Source: a virus
IMG/VR virus record: IMGVR_UViG_3300032334_001937
Location: 1 to 64,000 of that record
Length of the DNA stretch: 64,000 bases
Reading direction: 5' to 3' (one strand)
Shown here in pieces: positions 1 to 8,070 of the stretch (position 1 is its first letter; the number at the start of each line of letters is the position of its first letter). Both the position numbers and the translations under genes were made by a program. The notes below the pieces were generated by a model. The model did not search any database. It had not been told where the DNA came from and saw only the letters and a list, made by a program, of their open reading frames with translations.

Positions 1-123
1 TTGGCGTATACCGCTTGTGTTTTCAAGGGTATGCCAAATAATATTTTTATTATTTTTTGTTACTGCTTGGCTTACTTCAAGAATCTGATCTAAACTTAAA
101 AAGTTATCATCATAGATAAACAA
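1..123 (-). CDS. Partial ORF running off the left edge; possible 2OG-Fe(II) oxygenase N-terminus
   Basis: TTG start at 123 after AAAGGA; open to base 1 (MFIYDDNFLSLDQILEV...), similar to the 'I..dnFL..e' N-terminus of the neighbouring oxygenases. Not in the ORF track. Confidence 0.45.
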   Translation of the reverse strand, partial: MFIYDDNFLSLDQILEVSQAVTKNNKNIIWHTLENTSGIRQ

Positions 124-132
124 CTTTATCCT

Positions 133-537
133 TTAGGAGTTCCAGTTCCATACATGGTCATACTTTTCCCAAGCATGGGTTCCACTAAGATTAAAAGCAC
201 TAATAAAGGCAGTAAAAGTACCGTCTACGTCAACAATTACATTGTTTGCTCTTGCAACATTAAAAGTCTGACCATTCATTGCTTGATCTTCTGGATTGAG
301 AAGTCCGCTAACTGTTATAACAAGAGGGGTGCTTTCTGGCATGTAATCTGTTAAGTATGGAGGGAAAGAATTATTAAAGAACATTGTGCTATTGCTAAAT
401 ACTGCGTCATAGCCAACATCATTAAGATTAACGCTTGATATGCTTAAGGTTCTAGAAAATGTTGCTCCAGCATTTCCCATAATGTTTCCTGAGCCTGTTA
501 TTGTTCCTGCTCCGAATATTGATCTTGGTGCTACCAT
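133..537 (-). CDS. Hypothetical protein
   Basis: 134-aa ORF with AAGGAG SD and TGATATAAT -10 upstream. Confidence 0.7.
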   Translation of the reverse strand: MVAPRSIFGAGTITGSGNIMGNAGATFSRTLSISSVNLNDVGYDAVFSNSTMFFNNSFPPYLTDYMPESTPLVITVSGLLNPEDQAMNGQTFNVARANNVIVDVDGTFTAFISAFNLSGTHAWEKYDHVWNWNS

Positions 538-578
538 TTACTACTCCTTTGAAAGATAGTATTATTATATCATCTTTA

Positions 579-607
579 TTGACTTTATAGCACGAAAGGA
601 GTATACT
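579..607 (+). promoter_or_regulatory. Sigma70/SigA-type promoter, leaderless
   Basis: TTGACT-17bp-TATACT, then 6 nt to the ATG at 614. Confidence 0.75.
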
Positions 608-613
608 GGGTAT

Positions 614-832
614 ATGACGTATGATGAACTTTTAGAGGCTGTAAATAGCCCAACTTATATGCAAAGCAGAACCTTGGATCATCCCTATATTGCCCTTCGT
701 GCAGTAGTGGAATTGCATAGTCCACAGGACATTACTTTGCCTAATGGTGATTGGGGAAGTAACTGCATTGAGTGTGATGGATTGTTTTATCCATGCCCGA
801 CTATTTTGGCTATTAAAAAAGAATTGCAATGA
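614..832 (+). CDS. Hypothetical protein with Cys/His motif
   Basis: ALRAVVELH...CxxC...YPCPT; consensus promoter directly upstream. Confidence 0.75.
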   Translation: MTYDELLEAVNSPTYMQSRTLDHPYIALRAVVELHSPQDITLPNGDWGSNCIECDGLFYPCPTILAIKKELQ

Positions 833-1050
833 CAGACTGTAACTGCTGCACTGATCCAGATTGCTGTGCATGCTACTGTGATGACTTAGAGACTGACGGA
901 GGATATATGCAAAAGTATAATGAAATTAAATTTAAAAACACATGGATTCACTATGGTGGTTCATTTAAGCGTATTGGATTGGGTTTTAACATTGATTCAT
1001 ATTCCATAAACATAGACTTCCTTTGGTTCTGGGTAAGCATAGAGCGATAG
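829..1050 (+). CDS. Hypothetical protein with Cys-rich N-terminus
   Basis: ATGA overlap with the previous ORF; possible internal start at 907 after GGAGG. Confidence 0.6.
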   Translation: MTDCNCCTDPDCCACYCDDLETDGGYMQKYNEIKFKNTWIHYGGSFKRIGLGFNIDSYSINIDFLWFWVSIER

Positions 1051-1069
1051 CTTTTGGTATACTAAGTAC

Positions 1070-1174
1070 ATGTGTGATTGTAGGGTGTGTCAGTTAGAGT
1101 CTAAGTACCCTGCCGAAATTGACGGCGTAATTGCAAAGGTATTTGAGTATATTATGGAGGGGCAAAATGGATGA
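1070..1174 (+). CDS. Small leaderless ORF (34 aa, CxCxxC)
   Basis: TATACT-6nt-ATG; MCDCRVCQLESKYPAEIDGVIAKVFEYIMEGQNG; its stop overlaps the next gene's 5' end. Confidence 0.55.
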   Translation: MCDCRVCQLESKYPAEIDGVIAKVFEYIMEGQNG

Positions 1175-1943
1175 TCAGCTATGGAAAAAAATGACAGAGC
1201 ATACACCTCTTCATCAACTATTAAAGGTTGACGCTATAGATCAAGTAGAAAAGATAGAAGAAAACATTTGGGTTATAAAAAATTTTGTTTCACAAGAAAT
1301 TCTTGATGCATATAATTCATATATAAATTCTATAGATGAAAAAAAATGGTGGGAAAAAAATAAAGATTGGTGGGTTGGAAAGTATATACCAATAGAAACT
1401 AACTCTGTAATTTTTCCAGTTTCAGATCAACTTGTAAAGAAGTTAGAGTCAATAGTTAATGACAATATTTTTATTGGTGCTTTTGGTTCAATTCACAGAC
1501 TAACTCCAGGTCAAGGAATGTTTATTCATACAGACAATCCAACAGAAAAAAGACCTATCTATGATGAAAACAAAGAACAAGTTGGAGAAACTAACGGATA
1601 CAATAACTATTGCATTTTGGCAGCTGTTTTATATTTAAATAGTTTTAATGGTGGAAATTTATACTTTCCAGAAATTGGTGTTGAATACCATGGAAACCCT
1701 GGAGACTTAGTTTTATTCCCTGGAACTGGCAAAAGATACGATCACGGAGTAAGACCACTTGAAGAAGGATCAAACAGATATATAACTACTGGATTTGGTT
1801 ACGACAAAAAGGGTAAAGAGCTAAAAGAAGCTAGCTATGTATTTGAAAATGTTGAAACTGGAGAGTATATAGATATTGAACCATCAAAGGTTGTTAACAA
1901 TCCAGAAGAAGCAATGAAACTACCGCCAAGGCTTATAAATTGA
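1167..1943 (+). CDS. 2OG-Fe(II) oxygenase, prolyl 4-hydroxylase-like
   Basis: HTD...YLN..FNGGNLYFP...PGDLVLFP...HGV...RY; start moved to ATG 1167 (GGAGG SD). Confidence 0.85.
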   Translation: MDDQLWKKMTEHTPLHQLLKVDAIDQVEKIEENIWVIKNFVSQEILDAYNSYINSIDEKKWWEKNKDWWVGKYIPIETNSVIFPVSDQLVKKLESIVNDNIFIGAFGSIHRLTPGQGMFIHTDNPTEKRPIYDENKEQVGETNGYNNYCILAAVLYLNSFNGGNLYFPEIGVEYHGNPGDLVLFPGTGKRYDHGVRPLEEGSNRYITTGFGYDKKGKELKEASYVFENVETGEYIDIEPSKVVNNPEEAMKLPPRLIN

Positions 1944-2530
1944 AAGATACAGAGCTAATATTTAATCATCCTAGTTTTAAAAGGGTGGAAGAAAACATTT
2001 GGGTTATACATAATTTTTTACTTGATTCTGAGCGTCAATCGTATATTAATGCAGCAGAACTTGCAGATGAGAGTGAATGGTGGAACCAAAATACTGGATG
2101 GTATGATGGAAAGTTTTTATCAATTGTAAATAAGCCTGTATTTAATGTGTCACTTGTAGTTGAACAAAGATTTGCAAGTTTATTTAAAAACAAAGATAAC
2201 TATACTTTTGGAAACCCTTCATCAATTCATAGAATTTTTCCAGATCAAGAAATGTTTGTTCATGCAGATTTTCCAGAGTTAGATAATATGGATCAGGATT
2301 GTGTGTTGTTTAATGCTGCTATATATCACAATGAATTTGATGGGGGTGAACTGTTTTATCCAGAGATAGGAATTGAATATAAGCCTTTGCCTGGGGATTT
2401 AGTCATACATCCTGGCACCACAAGGTATAGGCATGGAGTAAAAAAGGTTGTCGGAAACAAAATAAGATATATGTCAAATACCTGGGTAGCCGATGAGCTT
2501 GGGCTTAACATAAAGGTAACTGGATATTAA
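1940..2530 (+). CDS. 2OG-Fe(II) oxygenase, prolyl 4-hydroxylase-like (paralog of the previous gene)
   Basis: HAD...FDGGELFYP...PGDLVIHP...HGV...RY. Confidence 0.85.
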   Translation: MKDTELIFNHPSFKRVEENIWVIHNFLLDSERQSYINAAELADESEWWNQNTGWYDGKFLSIVNKPVFNVSLVVEQRFASLFKNKDNYTFGNPSSIHRIFPDQEMFVHADFPELDNMDQDCVLFNAAIYHNEFDGGELFYPEIGIEYKPLPGDLVIHPGTTRYRHGVKKVVGNKIRYMSNTWVADELGLNIKVTGY

Positions 2531-2569
2531 ATAAGTTTTAGTGTATACTTATTATCTAGTGGAGGAAAA

Positions 2570-2737
2570 ATGCCAAAAGTATTATGTTTTAATTGTGGAG
2601 CATCGTTTGAAGTTAAGTATGAGATTAAAAATCCTACTAAGCAATGCCCTAAATGCCTTAATAAACCACAAAACAAAATGATGGATATTGGGTTTAGCAA
2701 GGATGACTTTTATAAAACTCAGGAATCTTTTGAGTGA
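2570..2737 (+). CDS. Small zinc-ribbon protein (55 aa)
   Basis: GGAGG SD; CFNC...CPKC; below the ORF-track cutoff. Confidence 0.65.
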   Translation: MPKVLCFNCGASFEVKYEIKNPTKQCPKCLNKPQNKMMDIGFSKDDFYKTQESFE

Positions 2738-2788
2738 TCATTAATTACCTTGATTGGCTTAGTGTAAACAATATAGAATGGGAATAAA

Positions 2789-3061
2789 ATGAGTACTTGT
2801 GCTATTTGTCGTAGACATACAGATGCCCCTACAATTTGGCAGGGAGCAAAGCTTTGTATTGATTGCGTTCCCAAAGAACGTAAAGCATTTACATATGATG
2901 TAGTTGATGAAGATGTTATCCTTAAGATTGTTACTAGGTCCCCTGGAAAATGGATGCTGGTTGATAGAGAAACAGGGCAAACATATCAGGGTAATCCCAA
3001 TGGTTACTGGGATAGACTTGATCCAGTCATTAAAGATGTTGACAACAATAAGAAACCTTGA
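2789..3061 (+). CDS. Hypothetical protein with N-terminal CxxC...CxxC
   Basis: 90-aa ORF with CAIC and CIDC. Confidence 0.7.
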   Translation: MSTCAICRRHTDAPTIWQGAKLCIDCVPKERKAFTYDVVDEDVILKIVTRSPGKWMLVDRETGQTYQGNPNGYWDRLDPVIKDVDNNKKP

Positions 3062-3067
3062 TACACT
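3039..3067 (+). promoter_or_regulatory. Sigma70-type promoter
   Basis: TTGACA-17bp-TACACT. Confidence 0.65.
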
Positions 3068-3089
3068 TAATTAAAAGAAAAGAGGAATT

Positions 3090-3305
3090 ATGCTAGATAA
3101 ATTATTTAAGTACTGGTCAATTGGCATTTTGCCAGTTACGGCTGTTTTTGCATTAAGCTACATTATTGCTGTGGTACCTCACCTTGGTGCAGTTCTTGTT
3201 ACTCTTGCACTTTTTATTGGTACCCCAATTTTTGTTGGTAATGTAATCATGTTTGAAAAAGAACGCAAAGAACGTCTTAAGGCAAAGTTGAGCAAGAAAA
3301 AGTGA
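3090..3305 (+). CDS. Small membrane protein (2 TM, basic tail)
   Basis: GAGGA SD, two hydrophobic stretches. Confidence 0.7.
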   Translation: MLDKLFKYWSIGILPVTAVFALSYIIAVVPHLGAVLVTLALFIGTPIFVGNVIMFEKERKERLKAKLSKKK

Positions 3306-3403
3306 AAGAGCCAAAGATTACAAAGATGGACTGGAAAGCACTAGGTTATTGGCCAGTTTATGAAGATGGCAAGCTAAAATGGGTGCCTCAAGAAAAAAAA
3401 TAA
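3302..3403 (+). CDS. Small hypothetical protein (33 aa)
   Basis: GTGA overlap; MKEPKITKMDWKALGYWPVYEDGKLKWVPQEKK. Confidence 0.55.
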   Translation: MKEPKITKMDWKALGYWPVYEDGKLKWVPQEKK

Positions 3404-3419
3404 GTGCTATAATGGACAC

Positions 3420-4205
3420 ATGAAATCAATTTATGATATAGAAATGGCCTCTGCTGAAGGAAAATCTAACTTCTTGCAGCAGTTTAAAGGCAAAGCAGTC
3501 CTATTAATTAACACAACAGTAGGTTGTGGTAATGCTGGTCAGATGGAACCAATCCAATGGATCCAGGAAAAGTATGCTGGCGAAGACTTCTCTGTTGTTG
3601 CTATCCCAACTAATGACTACTGTGGTCCTGAAATTACTAAGGGCAGATGGGCAGAAGGAATTAGCTGTGGTCTTGATTCAAAGAATTATGGCGAAGAAGT
3701 ATATGGAGTTACATTTCCATTCTCAGAAATGATCGCATCAAACCCAATGGAGGTTCCAAAGGAATCACCTTGGAATGGTGTAGGTCATGGCAAGAATGGT
3801 CTTGGTCAAGACTTTCAGCCACCTCATGAGTTGTACCAAGAAGTTTGTCATCAGACAGCATTAGTTCGTCAAAAAAGAGCAGAGCTTGGTCTAGAAGACA
3901 AAAAAGATTATACTTCACAGTGGCTTAACGAGCATGACGGTGGTACGCTTATGTGCTGCAACTTTGAAAAGTATCTTATTGATAAGGATGGTTTTGTAGT
4001 AAAGCACTATGCTTGTACAACACTTAACTATGATGTAGAGCGTACATACAAAGAAGATCTTGCAGCTCAAGGAATCTTTGCTACACTAAATAAGGCTAGA
4101 ACACCTGAAATCTTTGAAGAAGAATATGCTGTTATTACAGGTCATATTGAATCATTGATTGCTGGCGAAAAGTCAATCTTAAACTCTTATGCTTTAACAG
4201 CATAA
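3420..4205 (+). CDS. Glutathione peroxidase-like protein (BtuE/Gpx fold)
   Basis: KGKAVLLINTTVGCGN, AIPTNDY, YGVTFPFSE and NFEKYLIDKDG motifs. Confidence 0.8.
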   Translation: MKSIYDIEMASAEGKSNFLQQFKGKAVLLINTTVGCGNAGQMEPIQWIQEKYAGEDFSVVAIPTNDYCGPEITKGRWAEGISCGLDSKNYGEEVYGVTFPFSEMIASNPMEVPKESPWNGVGHGKNGLGQDFQPPHELYQEVCHQTALVRQKRAELGLEDKKDYTSQWLNEHDGGTLMCCNFEKYLIDKDGFVVKHYACTTLNYDVERTYKEDLAAQGIFATLNKARTPEIFEEEYAVITGHIESLIAGEKSILNSYALTA

Positions 4206-4211
4206 AGAATT

Positions 4212-4676
4212 TTAATTAGCTTTAGATAAATCTACTAATAGATGTATTCTGTCAGTGTTTCCATTGTTTAAGACTTTGTGCCATTTTTTGTAATCAAACT
4301 CCCAGCACTCGCCAACCTTTATATTTATTTGGCTATTTCCACAATGAAACATAACTTCTTTGTTTGTCTTAATTGCTATGTGAAACCTTCTTAGGTCGTT
4401 AACTTCATCAGCATGCTCTCTAATATCTTCATGTGCTGGTAGTAATGTTACGGAACGTTGCATCATTTTCCCACCAAACCTATTAATTAAATCTTCTACT
4501 ATAGGTTCTATTAACAAGTCTAATTCTACATTTTGTTTGTGATTAATGCTTTTATAATTAGGAGCATTGTGCACATCTGGATCTGGATCTTTATCCCATA
4601 CTTGAGGGTTATCATCTAAAAACTTAATTATAGATTCAACACTATAGTTTGTTATTAGTTCAAAGTCCATCAGCAA
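4212..4676 (-). CDS. Aspartyl/asparaginyl beta-hydroxylase-like 2OG oxygenase
   Basis: IREHAD...RFHIAIKTN...GECWEFD...HKVLNNGNTDRIHLLVD. Confidence 0.85.
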   Translation of the reverse strand: MLMDFELITNYSVESIIKFLDDNPQVWDKDPDPDVHNAPNYKSINHKQNVELDLLIEPIVEDLINRFGGKMMQRSVTLLPAHEDIREHADEVNDLRRFHIAIKTNKEVMFHCGNSQINIKVGECWEFDYKKWHKVLNNGNTDRIHLLVDLSKAN

Positions 4677-5326
4677 TCTTCAGATGTACTCATTGGAATG
4701 TTATCTGAATCATTCCAGCAATTTCCGTAAAGTGTGTGTCTTGAGTTACCAGCGGTAATCTTATTAACTCTATGGTGCAGTTTAGATTTTGTAATTATGA
4801 CCACTAATCTTCCTGCTTTTGGTTCAATCTTAATTGGTGGATCTATAAACTCTAGTTCTCCACCTTCAAAATCGTCATTAAGATATAGGCTAAATGATGC
4901 ATTAACATTCTCTGTTGGATCCTCATGAATTTGCATAGCAAAGTTAAGTGGCTTTTCAAAGTCTAGGTCTGGCTGAAGGTTTGCCTCTATCTCTTCGTCT
5001 GTCATATACTTAAATGTTTGCAGTGTGCCGTGTGATCTGTATGTCTTTGGAAGCACTGAAGCTAGTCTATCCCATATTTCATTAAAGATAGGAAAATGCA
5101 ATGTTACTGATTCAGCGTCTGGAATCATTACGTTTCCATTTTCATCATACCTTGGCTCAACATTAATAAACTTATTTAAGATATTCTTGTATGGGGAACG
5201 CATTGTTGTGTACCAGTCATTTGGATCGTCGCACCAAACCTTAAACCAGGCAAGTTCTTCTTGCGTAAGAAAGTCATCAATGTACCAGATATCTTCGTGT
5301 AGCTGCATTTTATTAAAATTAGTCAT
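4670..5326 (-). CDS. 2OG-Fe(II) oxygenase
   Basis: HED...LYLNDDFEGGELEF...HRV...RH. Confidence 0.85.
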   Translation of the reverse strand: MTNFNKMQLHEDIWYIDDFLTQEELAWFKVWCDDPNDWYTTMRSPYKNILNKFINVEPRYDENGNVMIPDAESVTLHFPIFNEIWDRLASVLPKTYRSHGTLQTFKYMTDEEIEANLQPDLDFEKPLNFAMQIHEDPTENVNASFSLYLNDDFEGGELEFIDPPIKIEPKAGRLVVIITKSKLHHRVNKITAGNSRHTLYGNCWNDSDNIPMSTSEDC

Positions 5327-5359
5327 AAATCCATTATACCATCAAGCTTAATAACCATA

Positions 5360-5388
5360 TTGACTAGGGGCAGTTTGTTTGATATACT
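5360..5388 (+). promoter_or_regulatory. Sigma70-type promoter, leaderless
   Basis: TTGACT-17bp-TATACT-6nt-ATG(5395). Confidence 0.75.
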
Positions 5389-5394
5389 GATTAT

Positions 5395-5601
5395 ATGCTA
5401 AACCTTCAAATACCAGACCCATTTGATACATTTGTACTCAAAAAGTATAAAAATGCAAAAGGGTCAAAGTATGACTTCTTTTCTGGTGAATGGTCTCATG
5501 AGTGTGGGGCCTGTAAAGAAACACTGTTTGCTCCAAGTAAAAAAGAAATCTTAAAATCAAGGCTTTATCATACTCGTAATTTGTGTCTAGGAGGATACTA
5601 A
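5395..5601 (+). CDS. Hypothetical protein (CxxC...H...C)
   Basis: ORF directly behind a consensus promoter. Confidence 0.7.
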   Translation: MLNLQIPDPFDTFVLKKYKNAKGSKYDFFSGEWSHECGACKETLFAPSKKEILKSRLYHTRNLCLGGY

Positions 5602-5687
5602 TGGTACATGCTTTGTTTTTGATTCCCGCTTTTATAATGGGCTATGTTGCTTGCTATATTGCAATGACATATAAGGTAGATAAATAA
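5601..5687 (+). CDS. Small membrane peptide (28 aa)
   Basis: TAATG overlaps on both sides; MVHALFLIPAFIMGYVACYIAMTYKVDK. Confidence 0.6.
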   Translation: MVHALFLIPAFIMGYVACYIAMTYKVDK

Positions 5688-5920
5688 TGGCTGATTGGAC
5701 AGATGAACTAACTGAAGAACAAAAAAATAATATTATGGATTTGATTGTTACAACAGTCAAAGAAATTAGGTATCAGATGGATCAAGATATTTTGTTTACC
5801 CAACAGATTTGGGAACGCAAAGGTTTTCTAAAAAGCCGTAGAACTCGCAAAGCATTTGATGCTTGTCGTGCAATTGTTAAAGGCAAGAATGAAGTATTTG
5901 AAGATCAAGATGAACTATAA
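5687..5920 (+). CDS. Hypothetical protein
   Basis: 77-aa ORF, translationally coupled. Confidence 0.7.
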   Translation: MADWTDELTEEQKNNIMDLIVTTVKEIRYQMDQDILFTQQIWERKGFLKSRRTRKAFDACRAIVKGKNEVFEDQDEL

Positions 5921-6083
5921 AGAAGTTATTGCAAAAACATTACAAGAGCATGGTCCAACTGCAATTAATATGCATAAGATAGAAGACCACTTTATAATGG
6001 ATATTGACTATGCTGTTATTGTAAATGCAATAGTTGAAGATTTAAAGTCTAATAATTTTGAAATAAAAAATATTATTCTTTAG
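5910..6083 (+). CDS. Hypothetical protein
   Basis: Likely ATG at 5910 (MNYKEVIAK...) overlapping the 3' end of the previous gene. Confidence 0.6.
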   Translation: MNYKEVIAKTLQEHGPTAINMHKIEDHFIMDIDYAVIVNAIVEDLKSNNFEIKNIIL

Positions 6084-6624
6084 TAATTACAAAGAGCATG
6101 TCATCAGGTGTATCACTAATTGATCTAAGATCGTAAAATGTATAGTCATACTTAAGTAAATGTCTTTTTATCGTTACTATATTTTCAGGAATCTCAATGT
6201 CTTCAATAAAATATTTACCACCTGATTTCAATTTTGGAAAATAATTATCAAAAGTTTTTAGCTGAGATTCAACTGTGTGTAACCCATCATCAATTATGTA
6301 ATCAAATGTTTCGTCCTGAAAGGTTAAGTCGCATGCTTTTTTGTCCATGGAATCAATAACATGTACCTTGTATTCTATTCCTTCTGGAACAACTCCATCA
6401 AATTTTGGATAAAGATCAACTCCAGATATTGTTGAATTTTCAAGATATGAATCCCACAAAAGAAGAGATCCCCCATATGCAACTCCAATTTCAAGTAATG
6501 AAACATCTTTTGTCTTGGTCATTTCTTTTTCATATATTGGTAGATAGTTATGAGGGTCATCTTTATCTGTAATAACCCTATCTAATATTTTTCTTAAATC
6601 TTCTAATTTTTCTTGTATACCCAT
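6073..6624 (-). CDS. SAM-dependent O-methyltransferase (MycE / Methyltransf_24-like)
   Basis: LLEIGVAYGGSL..W, FDYIIDDGLH, LKSGGKYFIEDI. Confidence 0.85.
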   Translation of the reverse strand: MGIQEKLEDLRKILDRVITDKDDPHNYLPIYEKEMTKTKDVSLLEIGVAYGGSLLLWDSYLENSTISGVDLYPKFDGVVPEGIEYKVHVIDSMDKKACDLTFQDETFDYIIDDGLHTVESQLKTFDNYFPKLKSGGKYFIEDIEIPENIVTIKRHLLKYDYTFYDLRSISDTPDDMLFVITKE

Positions 6625-6650
6625 TTTTTAATTATAGCATAAAAGATAAG

Positions 6651-6679
6651 TTGACAATAAAACATATTCACTATATACT
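6651..6679 (+). promoter_or_regulatory. Promoter of the tRNA cluster
   Basis: TTGACA-17bp-TATACT, ending 12 nt before the first tRNA. Confidence 0.8.
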
Positions 6680-6691
6680 TATATTAAATAC

Positions 6692-6765
6692 GCAGCAGTA
6701 GCTTAGTTGGTTAAAGCCCCGAACTCATAATTCGGTAATCGTAGGTTCAAGTCCTACCTGCTGCA
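6692..6765 (+). tRNA. tRNA-CAU (elongator Met or Ile2)
   Basis: GCAGCAG/CTGCTGC acceptor, CCGAA-CTCATAA-TTCGG anticodon arm, GGTTCAAGTCC T-arm; paired 1:72, so not an initiator. Confidence 0.9.
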
Positions 6766-6789
6766 CTGCTATAATTAAATAGCAAATAT

Positions 6790-6862
6790 TGGTCCATAGC
6801 TCAATTGGCAGAGCGTCCGACTGTTAATCGGAAGGTTGTAGGATCGTGCCCTACTGGACCAG
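6790..6862 (+). tRNA. tRNA-Asn(GUU)
   Basis: TGGTCCA/TGGACCA acceptor, TCCGA-CTGTTAA-TCGGA anticodon arm, G73; atypical T-loop ATCGTGC. Confidence 0.88.
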
Positions 6863-6866
6863 CAAT

Positions 6867-6940
6867 GCGGATATCGCATAGTGATAGTGCGTAACCTTGC
6901 CAAGGTTAATGTGCGGGTTTGATTCCCGCTATCCGCTCCA
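6867..6940 (+). tRNA. tRNA-Gly(GCC)
   Basis: GCGGATA/TATCCGC acceptor, TAACC-TTGCCAA-GGTTA anticodon arm, U73, encoded CCA. Confidence 0.88.
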
Positions 6941-6941
6941 A

Positions 6942-7014
6942 GCCTTCGTAGCTCAGGGGATAGAGCGACGGACTTCTAATCCGCAGGTCGCTGGTTCAAT
7001 TCCAGCCGAGGGCA
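6942..7014 (+). tRNA. tRNA-Arg(UCU)
   Basis: GCCTTCG/CGAGGGC acceptor, CGGA-CTTCTAA-TCCG anticodon arm, GGTTCAATTCC T-arm. Confidence 0.9.
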
Positions 7015-7033
7015 CTTAGGGTATAATAAAAAG

Positions 7034-7123
7034 ATGAAAACTATGTATTACTTGTATAAGATTTATTATGCAATAAAAAATATTTTTAAAAAAGAAAATC
7101 ATAAAGATAGGTATATTTATTAA
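7034..7123 (+). CDS. Small peptide (29 aa) heading the carbamoyltransferase operon
   Basis: TATAAT-6nt-ATG; MKTMYYLYKIYYAIKNIFKKENHKDRYIY; TAATG-coupled to the next gene. Confidence 0.55.
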   Translation: MKTMYYLYKIYYAIKNIFKKENHKDRYIY

Positions 7124-8070
7124 TGGATCCACTTTTTGCAATGACACATGACCCTTTTGATGAAGATCAAAAAAAAGATTATGGATTTGGTAAAAAACAT
7201 TACATAAATAATTTTTTGAATAATAATCTTGGATTTTTACCTAAAAATCAAATAGAATTTGGTTTTGAAAAAAACAGTGGATTTAGAGTTGATCCCAAAA
7301 CAGAATACAGAACTAATTCTTTTGGTTTTAGAGATGATCATTGGGAGGGTCCTGCAGAAATTGTTGCTTTGGGATGCTCAAATACTTATGGAGTTGGAGT
7401 TCCAGTTAAAGGAAGTTGGCCAAAGATTTTGCAGGACATGGTGAACAAAGAAGTAAGAAATTTATCTCAACCTGGCATATCAATTAATGAACTTGTATAT
7501 CAGCTTTTTGCTTATTGTAAAAAATTTGGTAACCCAAAGTTTATATTTTGTCTTTTTCCAGATCCATTTAGAATAAAGTTACCAACAAATGAAAATTTAA
7601 TAAATGCTTTGTCAACAAGTTTTCCTCAAGGATTTGGTAACATTAATTTAAATTTGCAAAATGATGCAAAAATTTCCAATAGACCAAAATATTTAAAAAA
7701 ACCATATCTTTATGATGATATTGTGCCAATGGAACTTCCTTTATATTTTTCTATGAAATCAATACATATGCTAGAACAATACTGCAAGTCAAATAAAATA
7801 AATTTAGTGTGGTCTTCTTGGCACAAAGATTTTCAAGAAACCATGATAGAAGTTAAAGATAATCCTTTTAATTATTTTTATCAAAATGAAAGTTTTAATA
7901 CTTATTACAAAATAAATTCTAACTGTCATAAAGATTATGATGAAACACTAAATGAATATTTTGATAGTGGGCTTGATATAGAAGACAGCCTTTCTATTCC
8001 TCATCCAGGGGTTCATAGACATATACATATAGCAGAAGCTTTTTATGAAAAGTATGGTGAGTTACAATGA
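7123..8070 (+). CDS. SGNH/GDSL hydrolase-like protein
   Basis: YRTNSFGFRD, VALGCSNTYG (block I Ser), C-terminal HPG..RH..IAEAF. Confidence 0.65.
   Translation: MDPLFAMTHDPFDEDQKKDYGFGKKHYINNFLNNNLGFLPKNQIEFGFEKNSGFRVDPKTEYRTNSFGFRDDHWEGPAEIVALGCSNTYGVGVPVKGSWPKILQDMVNKEVRNLSQPGISINELVYQLFAYCKKFGNPKFIFCLFPDPFRIKLPTNENLINALSTSFPQGFGNINLNLQNDAKISNRPKYLKKPYLYDDIVPMELPLYFSMKSIHMLEQYCKSNKINLVWSSWHKDFQETMIEVKDNPFNYFYQNESFNTYYKINSNCHKDYDETLNEYFDSGLDIEDSLSIPHPGVHRHIHIAEAFYEKYGELQ

Noticed and set aside
3420-4205. Selenocysteine-containing glutathione peroxidase
   Set aside because: The active-site codon is TGT (Cys) and there is no in-frame TGA.
6692-6765. Initiator tRNA-fMet
   Set aside because: It has a paired G1:C72 and lacks the three consecutive G:C anticodon-stem pairs; Met vs Ile2 cannot be resolved by eye.
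6692-7014. tRNA-based attachment site or prophage boundary
   Set aside because: No integrase, duplicated tRNA 3' end or host housekeeping genes in the window; phage-type genes flank both sides.
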